A stretch of DNA of 41,749 nucleotides from contig JBIOYL010000033.1 of assembly GCA_044870185.1 (NCBI GenBank), forward strand, positions 1 to 41,749, read 5' to 3'. Below, one piece after another: positions 27,564 through 37,766 of this stretch. This DNA is from Actinomycetes bacterium (GTDB lineage Bacteria; Actinomycetota; CALGFH01). The translations under genes and the position numbers were made by a program. The stretch's first letter is position 1. The number at the start of each line of letters is the position of its first letter. A model generated the notes under the pieces. It saw only the letters and a program-made list of their open reading frames with translations, was not told the origin of the DNA and ran no database searches.

Positions 27564-27847
27564 CAGCTCCCCTCGGTGCCGCCCGGCTGGCCGCTGGCGG
27601 GCGGTCCCTCCGTCGGCGGTGGGGACGGCGGTGGGGGCGGCGGTTGGAGCCCGAGCCGCGACTGCGGTGGCACGACGATCCACAGGATCGGATACAGGAT
27701 GAGGGTCGCGCCGCCGAACACGGCGAAGACGACGAACAGGACCCGGACGAGCGTCGGGTCGATACCGAAGTACTCGGCGAGCCCGCCGCACACCCCGCCG
27801 AGCACCCGGTTGGTCTCGCTGCGGTACAGCCTGCGTGGTGTGCTCAT
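27563..27847 (-). CDS. pspC: PspC domain protein
   Basis: RRLYRSETNRVLGGVCGGLAEYFGIDPTLVR...LYPILWIVVP. Confidence 0.92.
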   Translation of the reverse strand: MSTPRRLYRSETNRVLGGVCGGLAEYFGIDPTLVRVLFVVFAVFGGATLILYPILWIVVPPQSRLGLQPPPPPPSPPPTEGPPASGQPGGTEGS

Positions 27848-27988
27848 CGCGCTCCTCTCCGCTGGTTGGTGGACCCGCTCAGGCCAGGCGCCGGCCGCCG
27901 GTCATCCGAGCACAGCATAGGCCCGGCCATGCCCCGACGGCGTGGTTGGTGGGAAAGTCGTGTCCGACACCGAGGCGGGAGGGTGACC

Positions 27989-29317
<1,329 letters not shown>

Positions 29318-29376
29318 CCGGCCCGCTCCCGCCGGCTCCGGTCACCCATCCGGCATCACCGGCCCGAGGGCCGGGC

Positions 29377-29398
29377 TGTCGGCGCCGTCCGCTATGGT
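29377..29398 (+). promoter_or_regulatory. PafBC-type (RecA-NDp) DNA-damage promoter, leaderless
   Basis: TGTCGG-N10-TATGGT exactly matches the TGTCGG-N10-TA-N3-T consensus; ATG lies 6 nt downstream; precedes a DNA repair gene. Confidence 0.75.
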
Positions 29399-29404
29399 GC
29401 AGGC

Positions 29405-30396
29405 ATGCCCGACGCGCTCACCGTCGACCAGGCCAGGCGGCTGGTGCTTGCCGCCCAGGGCCTGGCCCGGCCGCCGCGCCGGCGCGGACCGGCCGCCGCG
29501 CGGGCGGTGCTGGGCCGGCTCGGCGCGATCCAGATCGACTCCATCAACGTGGTCGCCCGCAGTCACGAGCTGGTGTTGGCGTCCCGGCTGGGCACCTTCG
29601 ACCCGGCCACCTTCGACCAGGCGGTCTACCGGCAGCGGGCCGGCTTCGAGTACTGGGGACACGCCGCCTCGTTCCTGCCCATCGAGACCTTCCGGCTGTT
29701 CGTGCCCCGCATGCGGCGCATGGCGGCCGACACCCGCGGCTGGTTCGCGGACGTGCGGACCCGGCACGCCCAGCTGTACGGCGCCGTGCTCGACCGCATC
29801 CGGGCGGAAGGACCCCTGCCGGCCTCCGCCTTCCGCTCCCCGGCGGGCGGGCCACGCCGAGGCACCTGGTGGGACTGGGCCTGGCCAAGCACGTCCTGGA
29901 GGACCTGTTCGACCAGGGCGTGCTGCTGGTCCATGACCGGGTCCGCTTCGAGCGCCGCTACGACCTGGCCGAGCGGGTGCTGCCGCCCGGCCTCGACCTG
30001 ACGCCGCCGAGCGCGCACGAGGCGGCGGTCGAGCTGACCGTGCGTGCCGCTCGGGCGCTCGGGGTGGGCACGGCGGCCGCCAAGCGCCAGCACGGCTACT
30101 ACACGATGCCGGTGCTGGCCGGCGGCCGGCTGGTCGCCCGCGTGGATCCCAAGCACGACCGGCCTGCCCGGCGCCTGGTGCTGCGCGCGCTGGCCGTGGA
30201 GGACCACGCCGACCCCGCGGCGGCGGTGACGGCCACCGCCGCGGCCGCGTGGCGGCTGGCCTGGCAGCTCGGCGCCGAGCGGGTCGAGCCGGGCGAGGAC
30301 GTGCCCGTTGCCCTTGCCCGCCGGCTCCGGGTCGAGCTGGCCGCCATGCCCGGGCCGCCCGACGCGGCCACGGCCGCCGTGGCCGCGTCCCGGTAG
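29405..30396 (+). pseudogene. ycaQ: YcaQ/AlkZ-family crosslink-repair DNA glycosylase, frameshifted and internally deleted
   Basis: N-part [28 protein letters not shown] in the frame of 29405. It continues AKHVLE...[13 protein letters not shown]...KRQHGYY...RVDPK in another frame after about 29878. The usual central segment (LSPFD region) is missing near 30075. Confidence 0.75.
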
Positions 30397-30485
30397 GCGG
30401 TCCGAGGCCGCTGGGGCGCTCCCGCGCGCCGGCGCGCCGGGCGCCCGCTACGCTTGGGTCGAGGCGAACGCGACGGGGGTACGGC

Positions 30486-31442
30486 GTGCGGCGAGGGGTC
30501 GGCATCGGCAGGCTGTTCGGCATCCCGCTGCGGCTCGACCTGACCTGGCTGCTCGGCCTCGCGCTGGTCGTGGCCGGCCCCTGGCAGCTCTGGGCACCCG
30601 ACCTGGGCCGGCGGCCGGCACTGGCACTGGCGTTGGCGTTCGCGCTGGCGTTCTTCGCCTGCCTGGTCGCCCACGAGCTGTCGCATGCGCTGGTGGCCAG
30701 GGCGCTCGGGGTGCCGACCGCCGAGATCACCCTGTTCGTGTTCGGCGGCGTGGCCCGGATCACCGCCGAGCCGCCCGACCCGGGTGGGGAGGCGCTCATG
30801 GCCATGGCCGGGCCGCTCGCCTCGGTGACCCTGGGCGGCCTGCTGCTGCTGGCGGCCGAGGCGACGTCGGCGTGGCCCGGCGAGCTGCTCGGCCTGCTCG
30901 GCGCGGCCAACCTGGTGCTGGCCGTGTTCAACCTGCTGCCCGGGTTCCCGCTCGACGGCGGGCGGGTCGCCCGGGCGGTGCTGTGGCGGCTGACCGGCCG
31001 GCGGCTGCTCGCGACCCGGCTGACGGCCTGGTTCGGACGCGGGCTGGCCGTCCTGCTCGTCGGCGGCGGGCTGGCCGCCGTCGCCGTGCTGCGGTCGCCC
31101 CGCTACCTGCTCCAGGTCGTGCTCGGCGTGTTCCTGTGGCAGGCGGCCGTGCACGGCGAGCGGGCCGCCTGGCACAGCGACCGGCTCGCCCGCACGACGG
31201 TCGGTGACGTCATGCGCACCCCACCACCACCGGTGGTCGAGCCGCTCGACCCCGCCCTGGTGGTCGATGCCGCCGAGCCGCTGGGGGAATTCCTGCGCCG
31301 GTACCGGGCCGCGCCGGCGGCGCGGTATCTTGTGGTCGACGCCGATCGCCGGGTGGCCGGCACCCTCGACGGCGCGGTCCTGCGCCGCGTCGGGGATGGT
31401 CGGTCCGCCCACCGCCGCGCCCACCGGACAGGGCGCCGGTGA
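30486..31442 (+). CDS. Site-2 protease (M50) with partial CBS region
   Basis: HELSH, LFVFGGVA, AGPLAS, FNLLPGFPLDGG. Confidence 0.88.
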   Translation: MRRGVGIGRLFGIPLRLDLTWLLGLALVVAGPWQLWAPDLGRRPALALALAFALAFFACLVAHELSHALVARALGVPTAEITLFVFGGVARITAEPPDPGGEALMAMAGPLASVTLGGLLLLAAEATSAWPGELLGLLGAANLVLAVFNLLPGFPLDGGRVARAVLWRLTGRRLLATRLTAWFGRGLAVLLVGGGLAAVAVLRSPRYLLQVVLGVFLWQAAVHGERAAWHSDRLARTTVGDVMRTPPPPVVEPLDPALVVDAAEPLGEFLRRYRAAPAARYLVVDADRRVAGTLDGAVLRRVGDGRSAHRRAHRTGRR

Positions 31443-31496
31443 CCCGCCGCCGGCCCGGGCGTCCATCCCTGTCCCCGAGGCAACGAGGTCCGCTCC

Positions 31497-31736
31497 GTGC
31501 TCGTCACCGCCCGCCTGCGACCACCCGACCGCACCGTGCAGGTGCCGGACGTCCATCGCGTCGCCGACCTGCTCGCACGCCTGGAGATCCTGCCGACGAC
31601 GGTGCTCGTCCTGCGCGACGGCGCCCTGCTGACCAGCCAGGACGAGCTGCGCGACGGCGACCGGGTAGAGGTCCGCTTCGCGATCTCCGGGGGGTCCGGG
31701 GGGCTCAAGCCTAGCCCCCCGGTCGACGGGGGGTAG
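31497..31736 (+). CDS. ttuB: ThiS/MoaD-like ubiquitin-fold sulfur carrier (TtuB-like) with C-terminal extension
   Basis: DELRDGDRVEVRFAISGG beta-grasp end, then SGGLKPSPPVDGG; 3 nt upstream of ttuA. Confidence 0.75.
   Translation: MLVTARLRPPDRTVQVPDVHRVADLLARLEILPTTVLVLRDGALLTSQDELRDGDRVEVRFAISGGSGGLKPSPPVDGG
31696..31722. repeat. Perfect 10-bp hairpin (REP-like) inside the ttuB 3' end
   Basis: CCGGGGGGCT-caagcct-AGCCCCCCGG. Confidence 0.75.
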
Positions 31737-31739
31737 CCC

Positions 31740-32738
31740 ATGCCGATGCGCTGCAAGCGCTGCCGCGGACCGGTCGTCATCGAGGTCCGCCGCCACAACG
31801 CGGCCTTCTGCCGGGACTGCTTCCTCCACTACGTCCGGCAGCAGGTGACCCGGGCGATCGCCAAGTACCGGATGCTCGGGCCCACCGACCGGGTGCTGGT
31901 GGCGGTGTCGGGCGGCAAGGACTCGCTGGCGTTGTGGGACGTGCTGGGCGAGCTCGGCTACCAGGCCGACGGGCTGTACCTGAGCCTCGGGATCGGCGGC
32001 TACTCCGAGCGGTCGCGACAGGTCTGCCAGGCGTTCGCCGAGGCCCGCGGGGCCAAGCTCGTGTGCTACGACCTGGCCGCCGAGCAGGGCTACACGATCC
32101 CCCAGGCGGCCGGGGCGGGCGGCCGCTCGTCCTGCGGGGTGTGCGGGCTGTCCAAGCGCTACGTGTTCAACCGGGTGGCCCTGGAGGGCGGCTACGACGT
32201 GGTGGCCACCGGCCACAACCTCGACGACGAGGCCGCCGTGCTGTTCGGCAACACCCTGCGCTGGGACACCGCCGCCATGGCCCGGCAGTTCCCCGTGCTG
32301 GAGGCGACCCGCCCCGGGCTGGTCAAGAAGGTCAAGCCGCTGTACCGGGTGGCCGAGCGCGAGACCGCCGCCTACTGCGTGCTCAGCGGCATCGACTACG
32401 TGGTCGAGGAGTGCCCGCTGGTGGCCGGCAACACCCAGATGCGGCACAAGGACACCTTGAACCAGATGGAGGAGGCGACGCCGGGCACCAAGCACAACTT
32501 CCTGCTCGGCTACCTGGAGAGGGCGGCCCCGCTGCTGCAGGCCGCCGACGACGCCGAGCTGGCCGAGTGCTCGCGCTGCGGCATGGTCACCCAGGCGCCG
32601 GCAGACCCGGCCGAGGCGCCGGTGTGCGCCTTTTGCCGGTCGCGGGCGCGCCTGCTCCGGTTGCCGCTGGTCGAGCGGCAGCGGCCGCCCTCGGAGCTCG
32701 AGCGGGACCGGCCGCCCTCGGGGGTCGGCGGCCCGTGA
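31740..32738 (+). CDS. ttuA: TtuA/Ncs6-family tRNA 2-thiolation enzyme
   Basis: N-terminal Zn finger CKRC...H..FC..CF, PP-loop SGGKDS, CGVCGLSKRY, GHNLDDE, EECP, C-terminal CSRC...CAFC. Confidence 0.88.
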   Translation: MPMRCKRCRGPVVIEVRRHNAAFCRDCFLHYVRQQVTRAIAKYRMLGPTDRVLVAVSGGKDSLALWDVLGELGYQADGLYLSLGIGGYSERSRQVCQAFAEARGAKLVCYDLAAEQGYTIPQAAGAGGRSSCGVCGLSKRYVFNRVALEGGYDVVATGHNLDDEAAVLFGNTLRWDTAAMARQFPVLEATRPGLVKKVKPLYRVAERETAAYCVLSGIDYVVEECPLVAGNTQMRHKDTLNQMEEATPGTKHNFLLGYLERAAPLLQAADDAELAECSRCGMVTQAPADPAEAPVCAFCRSRARLLRLPLVERQRPPSELERDRPPSGVGGP

Positions 32739-33556
32739 GCGCGCCGGCGAGGCCGCTGGAGGCAGGCGAGCGGGTCCTGCTGGAGGACCCCAAGGGTCGC
32801 CGCTGGGTCGTGACGCTCCAGGCCGGCGGGACCTTCCACACCCACCGGGGGAGCCTGGCCCACGACCGGCTCATCGGGGCGGCCGAGGGCACCATCGTCC
32901 AGACCGACCTCGGCCAGCGGCTGCTCGTGCTGCGCCCGACGCTGGCCGACTGGGTGGTCAAGATGCCCCGGGGCGCCCAGGTCATCTACCCGGGCGTGCT
33001 CGCGCTGATGGTGATGACGGCCGACGTGCAGCCCGGCCACACCGTGCTCGAGGCAGGCGCCGGGTCGGGTGCGCTGTCGATGACCCTGCTGCAGGCCATC
33101 GGCCCGGCCGGGCGGCTGCACTCGTTCGAGCTGCGGGCCGACTTCGCCGACCAGGCCCGGCGCAACGTCGAGGCATGGTTCGGCAAGCTCCCCGAGACCT
33201 GGGAGCTGCACGTCGGCGACGTGGTGGCGGGCATGGCCGCGGTCGGCCCGGTCGACCGCGTCCTGCTCGACCTGCTGGAGCCGTGGCGGGTCGTCCCCCA
33301 CGCCGGCGGCGTGCTCGCCCCGGGCGGCACCCTCGCCGCCTTCGTGGCCACCGTCCCGCAGGTCATGCGGCTGGTCGAGGCGCTCGACGGGTCGGGCCGG
33401 TTTGGGCTGGTCGAGACCTCCGAGGCGCTCCTGCGACCCTGGCACGTCGACGGGCTGGCCGTCCGCCCCGAGCACCGCATGATCGGCCACACCGGCTTCG
33501 TCGTCTCGGCCCGCCGCCTGGAGGCCGCCTGGCCGGCCCGCCGCCCGGTACGCTGA
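32735..33556 (+). CDS. trmI: tRNA (adenine58-N1)-methyltransferase
   Basis: [44 protein letters not shown]; conserved position upstream of arc. Confidence 0.93.
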   Translation: MSAPARPLEAGERVLLEDPKGRRWVVTLQAGGTFHTHRGSLAHDRLIGAAEGTIVQTDLGQRLLVLRPTLADWVVKMPRGAQVIYPGVLALMVMTADVQPGHTVLEAGAGSGALSMTLLQAIGPAGRLHSFELRADFADQARRNVEAWFGKLPETWELHVGDVVAGMAAVGPVDRVLLDLLEPWRVVPHAGGVLAPGGTLAAFVATVPQVMRLVEALDGSGRFGLVETSEALLRPWHVDGLAVRPEHRMIGHTGFVVSARRLEAAWPARRPVR

Positions 33557-33661
33557 GCGCAGGTTTGCCGGCCCGCCTGGTGGTACCCACGGGCCGGTCC
33601 GGCATCTGGACCTGGCGCACACGACGCGCCCGAGCGTGGCGCCGAACAGGCCGTGGGTCCC

Positions 33662-33681
33662 TAGACAGGTCTACCTATACT
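33662..33681 (+). promoter_or_regulatory. Probable arc promoter: TATACT -10 box with overlapping short palindromes
   Basis: TATACT at 33676-33681, preceded by TAGAC-AG-GTCTA (33662-33673) and AGGT-CT-ACCT (33667-33676). Confidence 0.45.
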
Positions 33682-33746
33682 GGAGCACCGGGACTCAGAC
33701 CCCCAGGTGCCCGCCTCCGTCCACTGCCGAAGGGGGGGAACCGCAC

Positions 33747-35516
33747 GTGAAGGACGCCGACCGGCCGAGACCGCCGCGCACCCGACGTGACCCCGAGCCC
33801 GAGCTCGAGGTCCGCGAACTCCAGCGTCAGATCCAATTCCTCGAGGAGGAGACGGCCTTGCTGCGCCGCCGGCTCCAGGACTCACCCCGCCAGGTCCGGG
33901 TGCTCGAAGAGCGACTGCTCGAGATGAAGGGCCAGCTGGCCCAGGCACTGGCACAGAACGAGCGGCTGGCCGCCACCCTGCGCGAGGCCCGCGACCAGAT
34001 CGTCGCGCTCAAGGAGGAGGTCGAGAAGCTGACCGCGCCGCCGTCGGGCTTCGGGGTGTTCCTGGGCGTCAACGACGACGGCACCATCAACATCTCGACC
34101 GGCGGCCGCAAACTGCGCGTCAACGTCCATCCAGACATCGACCCCAAGTCCCTGCAGCTCGGCCAGGAGCTGATGCTCAACGAGGCGCTCAACGTCGTCG
34201 AGGCGTGCGCCTACGAGATCCAGGGCGAGGTGGTCAGCCTCAAGGAGATGCTCGGCCCGGACCGGGCGCTGGTCATCGGCAACGCCGACGAGGAGCGCGT
34301 GGTCCAGATCGGCGAGCCGCTGCGCAACCGCACCCTGCGGGCGGGCGACTCGCTGCTGCTGGACGCCCGCTCGGGGTTCGTGCTCGAGCACCTGCCCAAG
34401 CCGGAGGTGGAGGAGCTCATCCTCGAGGAGGTGCCCGACATCTCCTACCGGGACATCGGCGGCCTGGCCACGCAGATCGACCAGATCCGCGACGCCGTCG
34501 AGCTGCCCTTCCTGCACGCCGACCTGTTCGCCGAGCATCAGCTCAAGCCGCCCAAGGGCATCCTGCTGTACGGCCCGCCCGGCTGCGGCAAGACGCTGAT
34601 CGCCAAGGCGGTGGCCAACTCGCTGGCCAAGAAGGTGGCTGAGCGGGAAGGCGAGCCCCACGGGCGCAGCTACTTCCTCAACATCAAGGGCCCGGAGCTG
34701 CTCAACAAGTACGTGGGGGAGACCGAGCGCCAGATCCGGCTCATCTTCCAGCGGGCCAAGGAGAAGTCCAGCGAGGGCTTCCCGGTGATCGTGTTCTTCG
34801 ACGAGATGGACTCGATCTTCCGCACCCGCGGCTCGGGGGTGTCCTCCGACGTCGAGAACACGATCGTGCCGCAGCTGCTCAGCGAGATCGACGGCGTCGA
34901 GCAGCTCAAGAACGTCATCGTGATCGGCGCCTCCAACCGCGAGGACATGATCGACCCGGCCATCCTGCGCCCCGGGCGCCTGGACGTGAAGATCAAGATC
35001 GAGCGGCCCGACGCCGACGCGGCCCGCGACATCTTCTCGAAGTACGTGGTGGCCTCCCTGCCGCTCGACGACGAGCTGGTGGCCTCGGCGGGCAGCGACC
35101 GGGAGCTGGCGCTGGCGGCCATGATCGACCAGACGGTCAAGCGCATGTACTCCGACGCGGAGGAGAACCGCTTCCTGGAGGTCACCTACGCCAACGGCGA
35201 CAAGGAGGTCCTGTACTTCAAGGACTTCAACTCGGGCGCGATGATCGAGAACATCGTGTCGCGCGCCAAGAAGATGGCGATCAAGCGCTTCCTGGAGACG
35301 GGACGCAAGGGCATCCGGCCGGCCGACCTGTTCTCGGCGGTGACCGACGAGTTCAAGGAGAACGAGGACCTGCCCAACACCACCAACCCGGACGACTGGG
35401 CTCGCATCTCGGGCAAGAAGGGCGAGCGCATCGTCTACGTCCGCACCCTGATCGGCGGCACCGCCAAGGACCTGGGCCGGGCGATCGAACAGGTCAACAC
35501 CGGCCAGTACCTGTAG
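33747..35516 (+). CDS. arc: Proteasome-associated ATPase ARC/Mpa
   Basis: N-terminal coiled coil, [22 protein letters not shown]-terminal GQYL. Confidence 0.97.
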   Translation: MKDADRPRPPRTRRDPEPELEVRELQRQIQFLEEETALLRRRLQDSPRQVRVLEERLLEMKGQLAQALAQNERLAATLREARDQIVALKEEVEKLTAPPSGFGVFLGVNDDGTINISTGGRKLRVNVHPDIDPKSLQLGQELMLNEALNVVEACAYEIQGEVVSLKEMLGPDRALVIGNADEERVVQIGEPLRNRTLRAGDSLLLDARSGFVLEHLPKPEVEELILEEVPDISYRDIGGLATQIDQIRDAVELPFLHADLFAEHQLKPPKGILLYGPPGCGKTLIAKAVANSLAKKVAEREGEPHGRSYFLNIKGPELLNKYVGETERQIRLIFQRAKEKSSEGFPVIVFFDEMDSIFRTRGSGVSSDVENTIVPQLLSEIDGVEQLKNVIVIGASNREDMIDPAILRPGRLDVKIKIERPDADAARDIFSKYVVASLPLDDELVASAGSDRELALAAMIDQTVKRMYSDAEENRFLEVTYANGDKEVLYFKDFNSGAMIENIVSRAKKMAIKRFLETGRKGIRPADLFSAVTDEFKENEDLPNTTNPDDWARISGKKGERIVYVRTLIGGTAKDLGRAIEQVNTGQYL

Positions 35517-35607
35517 GCTCTGCGTGGGCCAGCGCGGGGCGGCCCGGGCCGCCCCGCGGCCGTCTGACCGGCCGGCTGGCGTCGAGCGGCGAACGGGAGG
35601 CGACGGG

Positions 35608-37092
35608 ATGGCCATCACCAAGGTCATGGGCATCGAGACCGAGTACGGCATCACCGTGCCGGGCTCGCCCGATGCCAACCCTGTGCTGGCCTCGAGCCTG
35701 CTCGTGAACGCGTTCTCGGGGCGTGGCCGCAAGGTGCGCTGGGACTACGAGGAGGAGTCGCCCCTGCGGGACGCCCGCGGCTTCGAGGCGGCCCGTGAGC
35801 CCGAGGCGCCGGCCGACGACGACCTGGGGCTGGCCAACGTCATCCTGACCAACGGGGCCCGCTACTACGTCGACCACGCCCACCCGGAGTACTCCTCCCC
35901 CGAGTGCCTGGACCCCCGCACGCTGGTCACCTACGACAAGGCCGGCGAGCGCATCCTGGCCGAGTCGGCCAGGCGCGCGGCCGAGATCGCCCCGGGCGGC
36001 CGCCGCATCCAGGTCTACAAGAACAACACCGACGGCAAGGGCACCTCCTACGGCACCCACGAGAACCTCCTGGTCGACCGGGCCACGCCATTCGCGCGGA
36101 TCGTCCGCGACCTGACCCCGTTCCTGGTGACACGCCAGATCTTCGCCGGCGCCGGCAGCCTGGTGCGCGACCCGCAGCAAGGCACCGTCGCCTACCAGAT
36201 CGCCCAGCGCTCGCAGTTCTTCGAGGTCGAGGTGGGCCTGGAGACCACGCTCAAGCGGCCGATCATCAACACCCGCGACGAGCCCCACGCCGACCCGGAG
36301 CGCTACCGCCGGCTCCACGTGATCATCGGCGACGCCAGCATGAACGAGGTGGCCACCTTCCTGAAGACCGGGGCGCTGGCGATCGTGGTGAGCATGATCG
36401 AGGACATGGCGGTGCCCGGCGAGGAGTGGGGGCTGGCCAACCCCGTCCAGGCGCTGCGCGCGATCGCCAAGGACCCGGCGCTGCGCACCACCGTCGAGCG
36501 CAAGGACGGCCGCAAGGTGACCGCCTGCGAGATCCAGTGGACCTACCTGGAGGCAGCCAAGAAGTACCTGAAGGACCGCGAAGCCCCGGCCTGGCAGTAC
36601 GAGGTGCTCGAGCGCTGGGAGGAGGTGCTCTCCCTGCTCGAGGACGATCCCATGAAGGCCACCCGGACGGTCGACTGGGTCACCAAGTACGCGCTCATGC
36701 AGCAGATGGCCGAGCGTGACGGCGTCGGCCTGGACGACCCCAAGCTCGCCCTGATCGACCTGCAGTACCACGACGTCCGCCCCGACCGCGGGCTGTACTA
36801 CCGGCTGGCCGCCGCCGGCCGGGTCGAGCGGCTGATCGCCGAGTCCGACATCCAGCGGGCGACGACCGAGCCGCCCGCCGACACCCGCGCGTTCTTCCGG
36901 GGACGCTGCCTGGCCCGCTACGCGTCGCAGATCGCCGCGGCCGGCTGGGACGCCATCATCTTCGACATCGGGCGCGAGACGCTGCAGCGGGTGCCGATGC
37001 TGGAGCCGACCCGGGGGACGGCCGCGCACACCGCCCAGATCCTGGAGGCAAGCCCGACCGCCGAGGACCTGATCCGCAACCTGCAGGGCTAG
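35608..37092 (+). CDS. dop: Pup deamidase/depupylase Dop
   Basis: MGIETEYGI, WDYEEESPLRDARGF (Dop loop), NGARYYVDHAHPEYS, EVGLETT, RLHVIIGD. Confidence 0.96.
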   Translation: MAITKVMGIETEYGITVPGSPDANPVLASSLLVNAFSGRGRKVRWDYEEESPLRDARGFEAAREPEAPADDDLGLANVILTNGARYYVDHAHPEYSSPECLDPRTLVTYDKAGERILAESARRAAEIAPGGRRIQVYKNNTDGKGTSYGTHENLLVDRATPFARIVRDLTPFLVTRQIFAGAGSLVRDPQQGTVAYQIAQRSQFFEVEVGLETTLKRPIINTRDEPHADPERYRRLHVIIGDASMNEVATFLKTGALAIVVSMIEDMAVPGEEWGLANPVQALRAIAKDPALRTTVERKDGRKVTACEIQWTYLEAAKKYLKDREAPAWQYEVLERWEEVLSLLEDDPMKATRTVDWVTKYALMQQMAERDGVGLDDPKLALIDLQYHDVRPDRGLYYRLAAAGRVERLIAESDIQRATTEPPADTRAFFRGRCLARYASQIAAAGWDAIIFDIGRETLQRVPMLEPTRGTAAHTAQILEASPTAEDLIRNLQG

Positions 37093-37204
37093 CCGGGCAC
37101 GCCGGGCCGGGTGGTGGCCGCCGTCCACACGTTTGCCGACGAAGTCCGCTACCGTCGGGTCGGCATGAGACAGTTGCCACGAGCGACCGAGGGTTGGAGG
37201 GAGC

Positions 37205-37417
37205 ATGGCGAAGGACAGCGGCGGCGCCGAGCAGAAGCGCCGCACGACCGGCAGGCAGGACGCCGAGGCGGCCGAGGTCGAGGCGTCGGCCGAGATCACC
37301 GAGAAGGGTGAGGAGCTCAAGGGCGAGCTGGACGCGCTCCTGGACGAGATCGACGATGTCCTCGAGGAAAACGCGGAGGAATTCGTGAAGCAATATATCC
37401 AGAAGGGAGGCCAGTGA
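37205..37417 (+). CDS. pup: Prokaryotic ubiquitin-like protein Pup (GGQ type)
   Basis: LLDEIDDVLEENAEEFVKQYIQKGGQ. Confidence 0.97.
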   Translation: MAKDSGGAEQKRRTTGRQDAEAAEVEASAEITEKGEELKGELDALLDEIDDVLEENAEEFVKQYIQKGGQ

Positions 37418-37418
37418 A

Positions 37419-37766
37419 ATTACGGAAACCGAGCTAGCCTGGGTGGCCGGATTATTAGAAGGAGAGGGCTGCTTCTTCTCTATCACCTATAAGACCGAGA
37501 ACTATGGGCCGTACACGTATGCTCGGGTGACGGTCTGCATGACTGACCGAGACATTTTGGAGCGGCTACAGCAGGTCACGGGCATCGGCCGGCTGGAGAA
37601 GAGCCGCGCCCGGGCCAATCCCAAGCACAAGCCGATCTCACAGTGGATTGTCTGCAAGAACCAAGATGCGATCGACCTGATGAAGGCTGTCTACCCTTGG
37701 ATGGGGCAACGCCGCCGCGCCCGGATCGACGAGGTCCTGGCGCTCGTCGTGGGGGACGCGCGATGA
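37419..37766 (+). mobile_element. Free-standing single-motif LAGLIDADG homing endonuclease-like gene
   Basis: ITETELAWVAGLLEGEGCF (LAGLIDADG helix) and [17 protein letters not shown]; lower GC than the flanks. The frame is open upstream of the track start (37443) to an ATT 8 nt behind GGAGG. Its stop overlaps the prcB ATG. Confidence 0.8.

Noticed and set aside
37643-37762. Longer prcB N-terminus from the ORF track
   Set aside because: It overlaps the endonuclease frame; ATG 37763 gives a normal propeptide and an ATGA coupling.
37417-37766. Group I intron or intein hosting the LAGLIDADG ORF
   Set aside because: pup and prcB are each uninterrupted, no non-coding space exists for a ribozyme core, and there are no intein splice-junction motifs.
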